This document shows positions 37,547 to 47,750 of a DNA stretch of 64,000 nucleotides, piece after piece. Location: assembly GCA_947591045.1 (NCBI GenBank), contig CANQCV010000001.1, forward strand, positions 20,556 through 84,555. The letters run 5' to 3'. The position numbers and the translations under genes are program-made. The notes under the pieces were generated by a model. That model was not told where the DNA came from, searched no databases, and was given only the letters and a program-made list of their open reading frames with translations. This stretch comes from an uncultured Clostridia bacterium (GTDB lineage Bacteria; Bacillota; Clostridia; TANB77; CAG-508). Numbering within the stretch: the first letter of the stretch is position 1; each line of letters begins with the position of its first letter.

Positions 37547-38593
37547 CTTTCTTCTGTAAAGTCACAAATCTGTTTATCCATTTGTTTAATTTTATCATTT
37601 GCTTTTTCAAACTCTACTGTTTTTTCGATAGCTTTTTCAACATTCCAAGTTGGTCTCCATCCAAAAGTTCTTTTTATTTTAGAACAGTCTAGTTTCAAAA
37701 AGTTAGCCTCATGTGGTCCGCCTACAAATTGATTCTCCCAATTTGCATCTTCCCCCCAATGTTTGCAAAATAGTGTAACAAGCTCTCCTGTTGTTATACA
37801 ATCTTCTTCATTTGGTCCAACATTATAATATCCAGCATAATTTTCATCTTCGTATTGGCATTTTGCAATCATTAAATATGCAAAAAGAGGCTCTAACACA
37901 TGTTGAAATGGTCTTATTGAATATGGATTTCTCACTCCAATTTTTTGACTATTTTGAACTGCTCTAATACAATCAGGAACAATTCTGTCTTTTGCAAAAT
38001 CTCCTCCACCTATTACATTTCCTGCTCTTGCAGTAGAAATTCTTACCTTTGAATCTTTACTACTGAAAAATGAATTTTTATAACTATGTGTTACAAGTTC
38101 AGAGCAAGATTTACTATTTGAATAAGGATCATATCCATCAAGATATTCATCTTCTCTATATCCCCATTCCCACTCATTATTTTTATAAACTTTATCTGTT
38201 GTTACATTTAAAAATGATTTTACTGTGTTTGATTTTCTAACACATTCTAAAATATTAACTGTTCCCATAACATTAGTTTCATATGTATAAACCGGATCTT
38301 CATAAGAAGTTCTTACAATAGGTTGGGCAGCCAAGTGAAATACTATTTCTGGTCCGTGCATCATCAAAAGCTTTCTTTAAATGTTCAAAATCTCTTATAT
38401 CACCTATAATGTGATGCATTTTACTTTCAATATTAGAAATTTCAAATAAATTTGGATTAGTAGGAATATTTACAGAATATCCTGTTACATTTGCCCCTGC
38501 ATTTATTAGTATCTTACATAACCATGTTCCTTTAAATCCAGTATGACCTGTTACAAATACATTTTTCCCTTTATAAAAACCTAAATCCATCAT
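37528..38593 (-). pseudogene. rfbG: CDP-glucose 4,6-dehydratase (RfbG/DdhB) interrupted by a 1-nt frameshift
   Basis: The N-terminal ORF (VFVTGHTGFKGTWL...KKAFDDA) and the C-terminal ORF (PEIVFHLAAQPIVRTSYEDP...) are contiguous RfbG sequence in different frames. The junction is GCACGGACCAGAA at about 38354. Confidence 0.75.
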
Positions 38594-38599
38594 ATTTAT

Positions 38600-39373
38600 T
38601 TACCACACTTTCCAAGGCGCATTTCCTGTTTGCCACAATTCTTCTAATTTTACTTTATCTCTTTGAGTATCCATACACTGCCAAAATCCGTTATGCTTAT
38701 ATGCAACAAGTTCATTATCTTTTGCTAGATTTTCTAATGGTTGTTGTTCAAATACAGTCTTATCTCCTTCTGTAATATAGTCAAACACTTCTGGATTTAA
38801 AACCATATATCCCCCATTTATCCATGAACCATCACTTTCGTGTTTTTCCCTAAAAGCCTTTATATTATTTTGACTATCTGTTACTAACACTCCAAATCTT
38901 TGTCCAACATTTACAGCTGTAATTGTAGCAATCTTTCCATGTGATTTATGAAATTCTAATAAATCTTTAATATTTACATTACTAACTCCATCTCCATATG
39001 TTAGCATAAAGGGTTCATTTCCAACATATTTTTGAATTCTTTTAATTCGTCCTCCTGTCATAGTATTTAAGCCAGTATCTATCAATGTTACTTTCCATGG
39101 TTCAGAAAAATTATCATGTACCGTCATCTCATTTTTTGCTAAATCAAATGTTACATCAGAGGTGTGTAAAAAATAGTCTGCAAAATATTCTTTTATCATA
39201 TATGCCTTATATCCTAAGCAAATAATAAATTCATTAAAACCATGTTTTGAATATTCCTTCATAATATGCCAAAGTATTGGTTGTTCTCCTATTTCTATCA
39301 TTGGCTTTGGACGCAAGTGACTTTCTTCTGAAATTCTTGTTCCAAACCCTCCTGCTAAAATTACTACTTTCAT
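38600..39373 (-). CDS. rfbF: glucose-1-phosphate cytidylyltransferase (RfbF/DdhA)
   Basis: MKVVILAGGFGTRISEESHLRPKPMIEIGEQPILWHIMK. 257 aa. Confidence 0.9.
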   Translation of the reverse strand: MKVVILAGGFGTRISEESHLRPKPMIEIGEQPILWHIMKEYSKHGFNEFIICLGYKAYMIKEYFADYFLHTSDVTFDLAKNEMTVHDNFSEPWKVTLIDTGLNTMTGGRIKRIQKYVGNEPFMLTYGDGVSNVNIKDLLEFHKSHGKIATITAVNVGQRFGVLVTDSQNNIKAFREKHESDGSWINGGYMVLNPEVFDYITEGDKTVFEQQPLENLAKDNELVAYKHNGFWQCMDTQRDKVKLEELWQTGNAPWKVW

Positions 39374-39387
39374 TTTTACCCCCTATA

Positions 39388-40125
39388 TTACTTCTTTAGT
39401 GTTTTACTATATTCTTCAATAGCTTTTTCTATTTCACCATCATATATTAATTTTCCGTCTTTCATAAAAATCCCTCTACTACAAAACTGTTTTGCAACTT
39501 CTGTAGCATGTGTAACAAATAATAATGTAACATCTTCTTTATTAATAATTTCTTTTACTTTTTTAATACATTTATTTTTAAATTCTTCGTCTCCTACACT
39601 TAATGCCTCGTCAACAATTAAAATCTCTGGTCTTATATTAACATTAATTGAAAAACCAAGCCTTGCTTTCATACCACTTGAATAAGTCCTAACAGGTTGG
39701 TCTATATAGTCTGAAATTCCTGCAAACTCTATGATTTCCTCTTCAAGTTCTCTTATTTCAGAATCACTAATTCCAAGTAATTGCCCTTTTAAATAGATAT
39801 TTTCTCTGCCTGTAAATTCTGGATCAAAGCCAGAAGTAAGCTCCAAAAGTGCACTTACTCTACCATTTACAGTTATATTTCCCTCTGTTGGAAAACAAAC
39901 TCCTGTAATCATTTTTAAAACAGTAGACTTTCCAGCTCCATTTTTTCCAAATAAAGCAACTGCCTCTCCTCTTCTAATCTTAAAACACACATCATTAACC
40001 GCTTTTTTCTCTTTATATTTTATTTTTTTACAAAAAGTATATAACAATCTTTTTTTATCATTTTTAAAAAGCTTATATGTTTTTGTAACATGGTCAAACT
40101 CTATCACAATATCTTGTTTATCCAT
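39388..40125 (-). CDS. tagH: ABC transporter ATP-binding protein, teichoic acid/polysaccharide export type (TagH/Wzt-like)
   Basis: Walker A GKNGAGKST, signature YSSGMKARL and Walker B ILIVDEALSVGD. Confidence 0.75.
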   Translation of the reverse strand: MDKQDIVIEFDHVTKTYKLFKNDKKRLLYTFCKKIKYKEKKAVNDVCFKIRRGEAVALFGKNGAGKSTVLKMITGVCFPTEGNITVNGRVSALLELTSGFDPEFTGRENIYLKGQLLGISDSEIRELEEEIIEFAGISDYIDQPVRTYSSGMKARLGFSINVNIRPEILIVDEALSVGDEEFKNKCIKKVKEIINKEDVTLLFVTHATEVAKQFCSRGIFMKDGKLIYDGEIEKAIEEYSKTLKK

Positions 40126-40140
40126 TTTGTATTTTCCTTT

Positions 40141-40957
40141 CTAACTTAACACATCTGGTATTTCTTTTCTTAATTTTTTATAAACCCATATTGCCATTAC
40201 CAATAAAACAATTAATATAATAACAAAACATAGTAATCTTTTTGGCTCTTCCCAAAACCAAACTTTATTTATAAAGCAATTTCTATATCCATTTACTATA
40301 TATGTAACTGGATTTACCATTAATAACTTTTTTAACCATGGTATGTCTATATTATTAACATCCCATAAAATACCCGAAAGCCAAAGTACAGCTGTAATAA
40401 AAGACTTTACAAGATTTGAAAAATCTTTACTCATTGATGACAAAAGTGAAGAAAATAGCGAAAACACAGTAAAAAATAGGAAATTAAGTAGTATAAAAAA
40501 TGGTAATTGGATAATATATATATCAACTGGTTTTCCAAATGCGAAAAATATACCAATAGTAATTGCTAACAAGAAAAAATGTACAATCATTTTTGAAATG
40601 CTCACAAATGTTGGTATGGTTGACACAGGGAATTTCATTTTAGTTACTAAATAACTATATTTTCTAATTGAATCTGTTCCTTGTGATAACATATCACTCA
40701 TATAAAACCATGGCATTAAACCAGCAAGTAACCATAAAAAATTAGAATACCCGATTAACAGTTGCAGTTTTACTTCCTTTTAAACCAATCTCAAATGCAA
40801 ACCAATATACAAATATAGTTACTGCTGGCTTTATTATAGCCCAAGACCAGCCTAATGCAGAACCTCTATATGTTTTTACTAAGTCTGCTTTTGCAAGTTT
40901 AAATATTTGACCTTTATACGCTATATGGTCTTTTATTATATCTATAAAACTACTCAC
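40141..40957 (-). pseudogene. tagG: ABC-2 type permease (TagG/Wzm-like) interrupted by a 1-nt frameshift
   Basis: The 71-aa ORF (...WSWAIIKPAVTIFVYWFAFEIGLKGSK...) and the 191-aa ORF are contiguous. The second frame is open upstream as YSNFLWLLAGLMPWFYMS. The junction is AATCGGGTATTC at about 40750. Confidence 0.65.
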
Positions 40958-41411
40958 TTTTTTTCTCCCCTATACTTTTTTGTGGTTCTGGTATTTGATT
41001 TATCCCATTAATAGGTTTTTGAAGTCCTAATTCTTTTTTTATTTTTGTTGTAGAAATTCCTTCTGTTCTATCTAAATAAATTACCTCACAATATTCTTTT
41101 AAATAGTCAAATCTGTCACTTCCAGCCCAGTCGCTACCCATTACAACAATGTCTACATCATATTTTTGCACATCAGATATTTTTTGTTCCCAGCATTCCT
41201 CTGGTATAACTAAATCAACATATCTTATTGCCTCTAACATTTTTTTTCGTGTTTCATAATTATGATAAGCTTGCTTTCCCTTTTCTTCATTAAATTCGTC
41301 TGTAGAAAGAGCAACAATTAAATAATCTCCTAATGCCCTTGCTCTTTGCAATAATCTAATATGACCATAATGTAATAAATCAAAAGTTCCATATGTTAAA
41401 ATTCTTTTCAT
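40950..41411 (-). CDS. tagD: glycerol-3-phosphate cytidylyltransferase
   Basis: MKRILTYGTFDLLHYGHIRLLQRARALGDYLIVALSTDEFN, with a short C-terminal extension. Confidence 0.85.
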   Translation of the reverse strand: MKRILTYGTFDLLHYGHIRLLQRARALGDYLIVALSTDEFNEEKGKQAYHNYETRKKMLEAIRYVDLVIPEECWEQKISDVQKYDVDIVVMGSDWAGSDRFDYLKEYCEVIYLDRTEGISTTKIKKELGLQKPINGINQIPEPQKSIGEKKSE

Positions 41412-41458
41412 ATTTACCACTTTTTTATGTTATATTAGTATAACATAAACTCCTTTCC

Positions 41459-43834
41459 TTACATTTCTATAATTTTTTCTGTAACTCTTTTTGCAGCATT
41501 TCCGTCATCTAAATAATTATATTTCTCATTAAACTTTTTGTACTTTTCATCATATTTAAAATCTTTTACTTTATTTATAGCATTTATTAAATCATTTTCT
41601 GTTTTTGTAATTTCTCCTGGAAGTTCGTCTATATCTATGTAAAAGCCTCTTAACTCGTCTTTGTATTTATCAAAATCATACATATAGAAAATCATAGGTC
41701 TTTTTAAGCTTGCATAATCGAAAAATACACTTGAATAATCTGTAATTAATATATCACTTATTATGTATAAATCATTTATATTATCTACTTCTGATACATT
41801 ATATATAAAGCCTTTGTATTTTTCAAAATCAAATGAATTTGCGACTAAATAATGTGCTCTAAAAAGTATTACATATTCGTCTTTTAGCCTATCTCTTAAT
41901 AAATCAAAGTCTACTTCTGTTTTATATGTATAGCCTACCCCTGATTCATGTTGGTCATCTCTCCAAGTAGGTGCATATAAAATTATTTTCTTATCCTTTG
42001 GTAAACCTAAATCATTTTTTATTTTCTCTACATCTTCCTGCTTAAAATTGTATAAAAAGTCATTTCTAGGATAACCTTCTTCAATAACTTTATGAGTCAT
42101 ATTAGTTTTTTCTAAGTTCCATGCAGATATAAATTTCTCTGTTGCAAATTTTGATGGTGATAATATATATTTGAATTTTTTAGCATCAGTTTTATACTTT
42201 TCATAAATTTCACTGTCTGTATTCATAGCATTATTTGTATTTTTTAAATCATATCCTAATTTTTTAAGTGGTGTTCCATGCCAACATTGTACATAAACCT
42301 GATCCTTTTTAGGATAGATTTGATCTTGTACACGATAATTAAAAATCCAATATTTAGCACTAGCTAAATTCTTTTGATATTCTTTTCCACCATATTTTAC
42401 TACTTTTGTGTTTCTGTTGTTTTCCAAATATTTATGTGGCTCTACATCTTCAAAAGCCCATATAAATTTAAAATCTTTGTATTTATCATCTGATAACATA
42501 TATTCATAAATTGCCTTTGGACTACATGCATATGACTTACCTTTAAATGCAAAAAATATTGCAGTTTTGCTATCTGTTTTTATCCCCAAAGTTCTTAATT
42601 TATAAATCATTCTTCTTCTTAATATAATAAGCTGCCTTACTATTTTTCTAAGTACTACATTTTTCTTTGAAAAATCAATTAATTTTGCTTTTAAAGTGCT
42701 TTTATTTTTCGCCATTTTTTTCTCCTTTAATTCTATGATATAATCAATAATTCTTTGGGTATTATGTGTATCTAATGTTTCTACATATTTTTTTCTAAAA
42801 TTTTCTAACTCTTCATAATTGTATTTTTCATGATAAATAGCATCTGCAATATCTTTTATATCTGAATAAGTATTTGATTTCATTTCTTCTTTTAAATTGA
42901 TATTTAGTCCTCTATTTTCTTTATAATCATTTACATCATATATATAAAAGAAAAGCGGTTTGTTTAAAGCACTTGCCTCAAAAGCAATAGCTGAATAATC
43001 ACTAATAACATAATCTGCTATTTTTAATAATTCAGAAGTATTAAACTCTTGTCCTATTTTATATTTTTCTTCTACATTACTTTTATCTAATGGATGCAAG
43101 CGAATAATTAAATTGTATCCTTCTTTGTTAAAAGCATCTATTATTTTTTGAATATCTATTGTTTTATTCTTTCTAAATGTTGGAACATATACGATATTCT
43201 TTTTTTCTTTTAATATAGGATACTTTTCTACCAACTCTTTTACTTTATCATCTTTTTCTAGCAAATAGTCAACTCGTGGCATTCCCAATACTTTTACTTT
43301 TTCACTTTCTACTCCAAAAGCCCCTTCATAAAATTTTTTAGTAACATTACTTGTAGATGTAACAAAATCATAATTTTTATGCATTTGCATAATTCTTGCT
43401 ACATCACTGCTACTTCCTTCGCCTTTATTAATAACTTGATACCCAAATTTTTTAATTGCACCCATAGCATGCCAAATTTGAGCAATAACAAGACCTTTTT
43501 TATGTTTTAGTACACTAATTGGAATAGAATATCCATCAACAATACAGATTTCTGATGTTGAAATATAATACATTGTTTTTATTGTATAAAAGCCATATCC
43601 AATTTTTCCAAGTAAAGACTTTGGTATTTTCTTAGTTAAAATTTTAACTTTGTATTTTCTTTTTTCAAATTCTTCTTTAAGCAAACAAAAGTCTATACTT
43701 GCTTTATCTGATTGCCTGCTGAGTAGCGTTACAGTATTTTTCTTTGTAGGAAATAATTTTATAAAACAATATATAAATTTTAGTCCTGCTTTTGCAATAT
43801 AAAGTAATGGTTTTAAAATTATGTTATTTTTCAT
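41459..43834 (-). CDS. CDP-glycerol glycerophosphotransferase family protein, tandem TagB/TagF-like domains
   Basis: 791 aa with two copies of the family motif: DYSAIAFEASALNKPLFFYIYD and DYSSVFFDYASLKRPMIFYMYD. Confidence 0.75.
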   Translation of the reverse strand: MKNNIILKPLLYIAKAGLKFIYCFIKLFPTKKNTVTLLSRQSDKASIDFCLLKEEFEKRKYKVKILTKKIPKSLLGKIGYGFYTIKTMYYISTSEICIVDGYSIPISVLKHKKGLVIAQIWHAMGAIKKFGYQVINKGEGSSSDVARIMQMHKNYDFVTSTSNVTKKFYEGAFGVESEKVKVLGMPRVDYLLEKDDKVKELVEKYPILKEKKNIVYVPTFRKNKTIDIQKIIDAFNKEGYNLIIRLHPLDKSNVEEKYKIGQEFNTSELLKIADYVISDYSAIAFEASALNKPLFFYIYDVNDYKENRGLNINLKEEMKSNTYSDIKDIADAIYHEKYNYEELENFRKKYVETLDTHNTQRIIDYIIELKEKKMAKNKSTLKAKLIDFSKKNVVLRKIVRQLIILRRRMIYKLRTLGIKTDSKTAIFFAFKGKSYACSPKAIYEYMLSDDKYKDFKFIWAFEDVEPHKYLENNRNTKVVKYGGKEYQKNLASAKYWIFNYRVQDQIYPKKDQVYVQCWHGTPLKKLGYDLKNTNNAMNTDSEIYEKYKTDAKKFKYILSPSKFATEKFISAWNLEKTNMTHKVIEEGYPRNDFLYNFKQEDVEKIKNDLGLPKDKKIILYAPTWRDDQHESGVGYTYKTEVDFDLLRDRLKDEYVILFRAHYLVANSFDFEKYKGFIYNVSEVDNINDLYIISDILITDYSSVFFDYASLKRPMIFYMYDFDKYKDELRGFYIDIDELPGEITKTENDLINAINKVKDFKYDEKYKKFNEKYNYLDDGNAAKRVTEKIIEM

Positions 43835-43852
43835 ATATATCTCTCTTTTTCT

Positions 43853-46114
43853 TTACTCTTTATTTAAAAATTCTATAAACTTGTCTGTTACAATTTCTCT
43901 TGAATATATTTTTTGCATTTTGTTATAATTTTCTACTAATTCTTCTCTTGTAACTTCATCTATGTGATTTATTTTTTCGCACAAATCTTCAAAAGATTCA
44001 ATATATGAATTTGGTATATTCTCCATAACCTCAAGTGAGCCAGGGTTTTTCATACAAAAAACTTTTTTACCATTTAATATTGCCTCTATATATGTCATAC
44101 CAAAGCTATGATTTAAAGATAAATCTATCATCATATCATGTGCTTTTAATTCTTCTCCTACTTGTGTTGTTAAACCTCTGTAATTTACGAAATCAGTAAT
44201 ATCATTTTCTTCTAGCTTGTCCATAAACTCATTAACATAGTCTCCTGTACCAAAAACATCTAGCACAAAATTTTTAACATTATGCTCTTTTAAATATATA
44301 CCAAAATTAATTAAATTATCTAAATCTTCTACTCTATCTTTACTAATTCTAAGTAAATAAATGCCTCTGTATAATTTTTTCTTTTTAACTGGCTCTATGT
44401 CTTCAGGGTTTACTATTTTGTATTGTTCTAACGCATTTCCTATTACTGCATAGGTATCATAATTATCATATTTATGTTGTGTCTTAAATGCTATCCTATT
44501 TTTATCTGTAACAAACACTGCCTTGTGTATTCTTTGTTTTTTTATTTGCTCTAACACTCCTGGGAATAATATTTCTACTGTATCATTAGGGCAATGGAAA
44601 AAGTATATCTTTTTATGTACTTTGTTAGATACACAATCATTTAAAAATAAATGCAAAGGCTCTCTTGTAGATATTAAAGTATTAGTTCTTATATTTTTCA
44701 TAAGTTTTGTCAAACGATATCCACAATAAGGATGAAGTAATTTTTGGTTTGAATCATATTTTAAATAACTATAATTTTTCTTGTTCCTATGCAAATCTCG
44801 AATAATTTTTTCCTTTAAAGATTTTGTATGTTTATAATATAAATAATTTATCTGCAAACCATATGGCATATTTTCCGGCTCTTTCGTTTTCTTCAAAGAA
44901 AGTAGTTCTACTAAATAACCTTTTTCAAGTAAGCCTTCTGCTAGTGCTCTTGTAGCATTAACAGTACCGCCAATTCCATAAAAGTTATATCCCATAAAAG
45001 TAATTTTATTTTTTTGCACATTAGAAAAATATTCATACATTTTTTCAATATGTTTACCTTCTTTTACATAGTCGTAATCAATGTTTTCTGGTAATCTTGA
45101 TTTGTAAAAATTATTGATTCCATAATCTTCATTTACTATTTTGTCAATCAATTTTTTTACACTTTTTATACTATTTTCTTCTAATTCCTCTTCTGTGCAA
45201 TATATTTCTCTATCTTTTAAATATGAATCTCTATCCGGCTGAAATAATATAACCGGCTTGTTTAAAAATGTAAAATCAAAGCCCACAGATGAATAGTCTG
45301 TAATAAGTAATTTGCTTTTTACTATTTCGTCCATAATATTAACAGATTCCTGGCATACAATAGATACTCTTTTAGTATTAATATTTGAACTTATATTTTT
45401 TAGTATTTTTTTATCAAAGAAAGAATGAACACATATTTTAAGCTCTAAATCATTTTTTTCTAGATACTCAGCTATTTTCTTAGAAGTAGCTACTTTTTCT
45501 ATACTTCTTGCAAAAATTCTAATATCTGCACCTTGTTCAAAATAATCCCTCCATGTAATAAACCACATTATTTGATTTTGTTTAGCAATAGACTCACTTT
45601 TGTTCACTAACTCCCAATATCTTGGATGATAGTCACAAAGTAATAATTGATAATCTTTAAAATCATTTTCTTTCATAAATTGCTGTTTTATTTGTTTATT
45701 ATAGATGCAAAAACGAAACATATTGTTATTATAACTTTGCCCTGTGTATCCAACTTTTTTTATACCAAGTGTTCCATGTTGTAAATACACACATGGCTTT
45801 TTTAATTTCATTTTTATTGGAAGAAACAATAACTCTGATGGCATAATATCTTGATAAGAAAGCGTAACATAAAACATGTCCGCATCAAAATATTTTTTAT
45901 AATGTTTTATACTATTTTTCCATAAAACAAATTTTTTTTCATAACTAGACAAATTTCTATATACTTCTCTATTTCCTTTATTTCTTTCTAATACTAAATA
46001 TTTGTCAATATCATCATGTATATTTACAACCTTTTTCCAAAAATAATAAGAATTATTATTTGCAGTAGTTCCATTATTTTCTCCAAACAACCATATATAA
46101 TTATTATTATCCAT
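43853..46114 (-). CDS. bifunctional CDP-glycerol glycerophosphotransferase-like / GT4 glycosyltransferase
   Basis: 753 aa. The N-terminal half has the TagF-like motif DYSSVGFDFTFLNKPVILFQPD. The C-terminal half is GT1/GT4-like (FGMTYIEAILNGKKVF). Confidence 0.65.
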   Translation of the reverse strand: MDNNNYIWLFGENNGTTANNNSYYFWKKVVNIHDDIDKYLVLERNKGNREVYRNLSSYEKKFVLWKNSIKHYKKYFDADMFYVTLSYQDIMPSELLFLPIKMKLKKPCVYLQHGTLGIKKVGYTGQSYNNNMFRFCIYNKQIKQQFMKENDFKDYQLLLCDYHPRYWELVNKSESIAKQNQIMWFITWRDYFEQGADIRIFARSIEKVATSKKIAEYLEKNDLELKICVHSFFDKKILKNISSNINTKRVSIVCQESVNIMDEIVKSKLLITDYSSVGFDFTFLNKPVILFQPDRDSYLKDREIYCTEEELEENSIKSVKKLIDKIVNEDYGINNFYKSRLPENIDYDYVKEGKHIEKMYEYFSNVQKNKITFMGYNFYGIGGTVNATRALAEGLLEKGYLVELLSLKKTKEPENMPYGLQINYLYYKHTKSLKEKIIRDLHRNKKNYSYLKYDSNQKLLHPYCGYRLTKLMKNIRTNTLISTREPLHLFLNDCVSNKVHKKIYFFHCPNDTVEILFPGVLEQIKKQRIHKAVFVTDKNRIAFKTQHKYDNYDTYAVIGNALEQYKIVNPEDIEPVKKKKLYRGIYLLRISKDRVEDLDNLINFGIYLKEHNVKNFVLDVFGTGDYVNEFMDKLEENDITDFVNYRGLTTQVGEELKAHDMMIDLSLNHSFGMTYIEAILNGKKVFCMKNPGSLEVMENIPNSYIESFEDLCEKINHIDEVTREELVENYNKMQKIYSREIVTDKFIEFLNKE

Positions 46115-46200
46115 ATAACTTCTCCTTAAAATTAATTGCTATTATAACTTGTATAATCTTATCATTTATTAATATTTGTTGCAAGTTTTTTTACCTATTT

Positions 46201-46974
46201 TTACTGTTTTTTTGGCTTTTCTTTTCTTGTCTGCATATGATATGATATTTCCTCTACAATAGCAGTAGGAGTAACCTCATTTAACATTCTTGCAATTTTA
46301 ATAAGTGTTCCTGGTACAATAATAAACTTACCATTTAGCATATTTTTAATTGCATATTCTGCTACATACTGACTTGTAAGCCCTGGTATCTTAAATTCTA
46401 CATTTGCTACATTGTTAAAATTCGTATCAACAGGACCTGGACAAAGAAGACTTATTTTTACATTAGATTTCTGTTTTTTTAGCTCTTTGTGAATTGCTCT
46501 TGTTAGTGAGACCACATAATTTTTTGTTGCATAGTATGTTGACATAAGTGGCCCTGGCATAAAGCCTGCAATAGATGCCACATTTAAAATATGACCTTCG
46601 TTTTTTTCTATCATATCTTTTAAATATAGTTTAGTTAAGATGTGGTATGCTGTTACATTTGTATTAATCATATTAATTTCTTTTTCCAAATCAGTATCTT
46701 TAAATCTTCCAAATAAGCCAAATCCAGCATTATTAATAAGAACATCTACATCTTTTATTTCTTCATATAAAGAATAACAACTCTCTTTGTTAGATAAATC
46801 TTTTGCAAGAATTTTTATTTGTATATTAGGATATTTTTTTAGTAATTCAGACTGTACTTCTTCTAAGCCCTCTTTGTTTCTAGCAACTAATGCTAAATCA
46901 TATCCTAAACTTGCCATTTTCCTTGCCATATCTCTACCAATACCAGATGATGCACCTGTAATTAATGCTAACAT
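46201..46974 (-). CDS. SDR family oxidoreductase
   Basis: TGASSGIG, NNAG and YxxxK (YYATK) motifs. 257 aa. Confidence 0.8.
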   Translation of the reverse strand: MLALITGASSGIGRDMARKMASLGYDLALVARNKEGLEEVQSELLKKYPNIQIKILAKDLSNKESCYSLYEEIKDVDVLINNAGFGLFGRFKDTDLEKEINMINTNVTAYHILTKLYLKDMIEKNEGHILNVASIAGFMPGPLMSTYYATKNYVVSLTRAIHKELKKQKSNVKISLLCPGPVDTNFNNVANVEFKIPGLTSQYVAEYAIKNMLNGKFIIVPGTLIKIARMLNEVTPTAIVEEISYHMQTRKEKPKKQ

Positions 46975-47063
46975 AAATTCCTCCTTGTTTTCTTTCTATT
47001 TTTATAACCAAATAATACCAAATATATACATAAAAATCAATAAGAAGGATATTAAAATCCTCC

Positions 47064-47634
47064 TTATTTGTAAATACATAATATTCTTTTAATTTCTTCT
47101 AATTGTCTAACTCCTTCGCTCTGCTCTTTTATAATAGAATCTGCAACATTTTTTAACCTTGGATCAATATAATATTGTAATAAATTTTCACACATTGCAA
47201 TCGCACCTTCGTGATGTGGTATCATTTCCAAAGTAAAATCATAATTGATATTAGTACTTCTTGGACTATTTCTCATTTCTTCAATCATGTTGCATGTAAT
47301 TTCTTCATATTTTCGCATATAGTTATTTATATCTTTTGGGAAATTTATAAACCCTGATGTCGTTTTTTCTATTTGTTTCATTTGTTCAACACCCTTTGTT
47401 TGCATTTCAATAATATTTCTTGCAATTTTTTGTAATGGCATGTAATTTGTATATTTAAGTAAATTTTCGCACATATAAATTGCTGCCATATGATGTGGTA
47501 TCATACATTTAATAAAATTAATTGTAATACTACCGAGTTACTTCTTGTGACAACATTTTATCTGCCATTTCATTTAGTATCTCATCAAACCTATGTAAAT
47601 ATTGCCTTGTTCTATATACTCTTTGATTTTGCAT
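47064..47634 (-). pseudogene. DUF305 family protein interrupted by a 1-nt frameshift
   Basis: SD AAGGAGAG and ATG 47634 open MQNQRVYRTRQYLHRFDEILNEMADKMLSQEVTR, ending at a stop. The next frame continues GSITINFIKCMIPHHMAAI. This mirrors the second internal repeat YMRKYEEITCNMIEEM...NINYDFTLEMIPHHEGAI. The junction is ACTCGGTAG at about 47533. Confidence 0.55.
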
Positions 47635-47750
47635 ATTCTCACTCTCCTTATCATATTTTATAAAAAATTATAAAAAAAGTGACTTTTATTTTCCATATTC
47701 TAGTATATATTCATATTTTTTGGTAATACTACTTTTAGGTGGTGATATTT

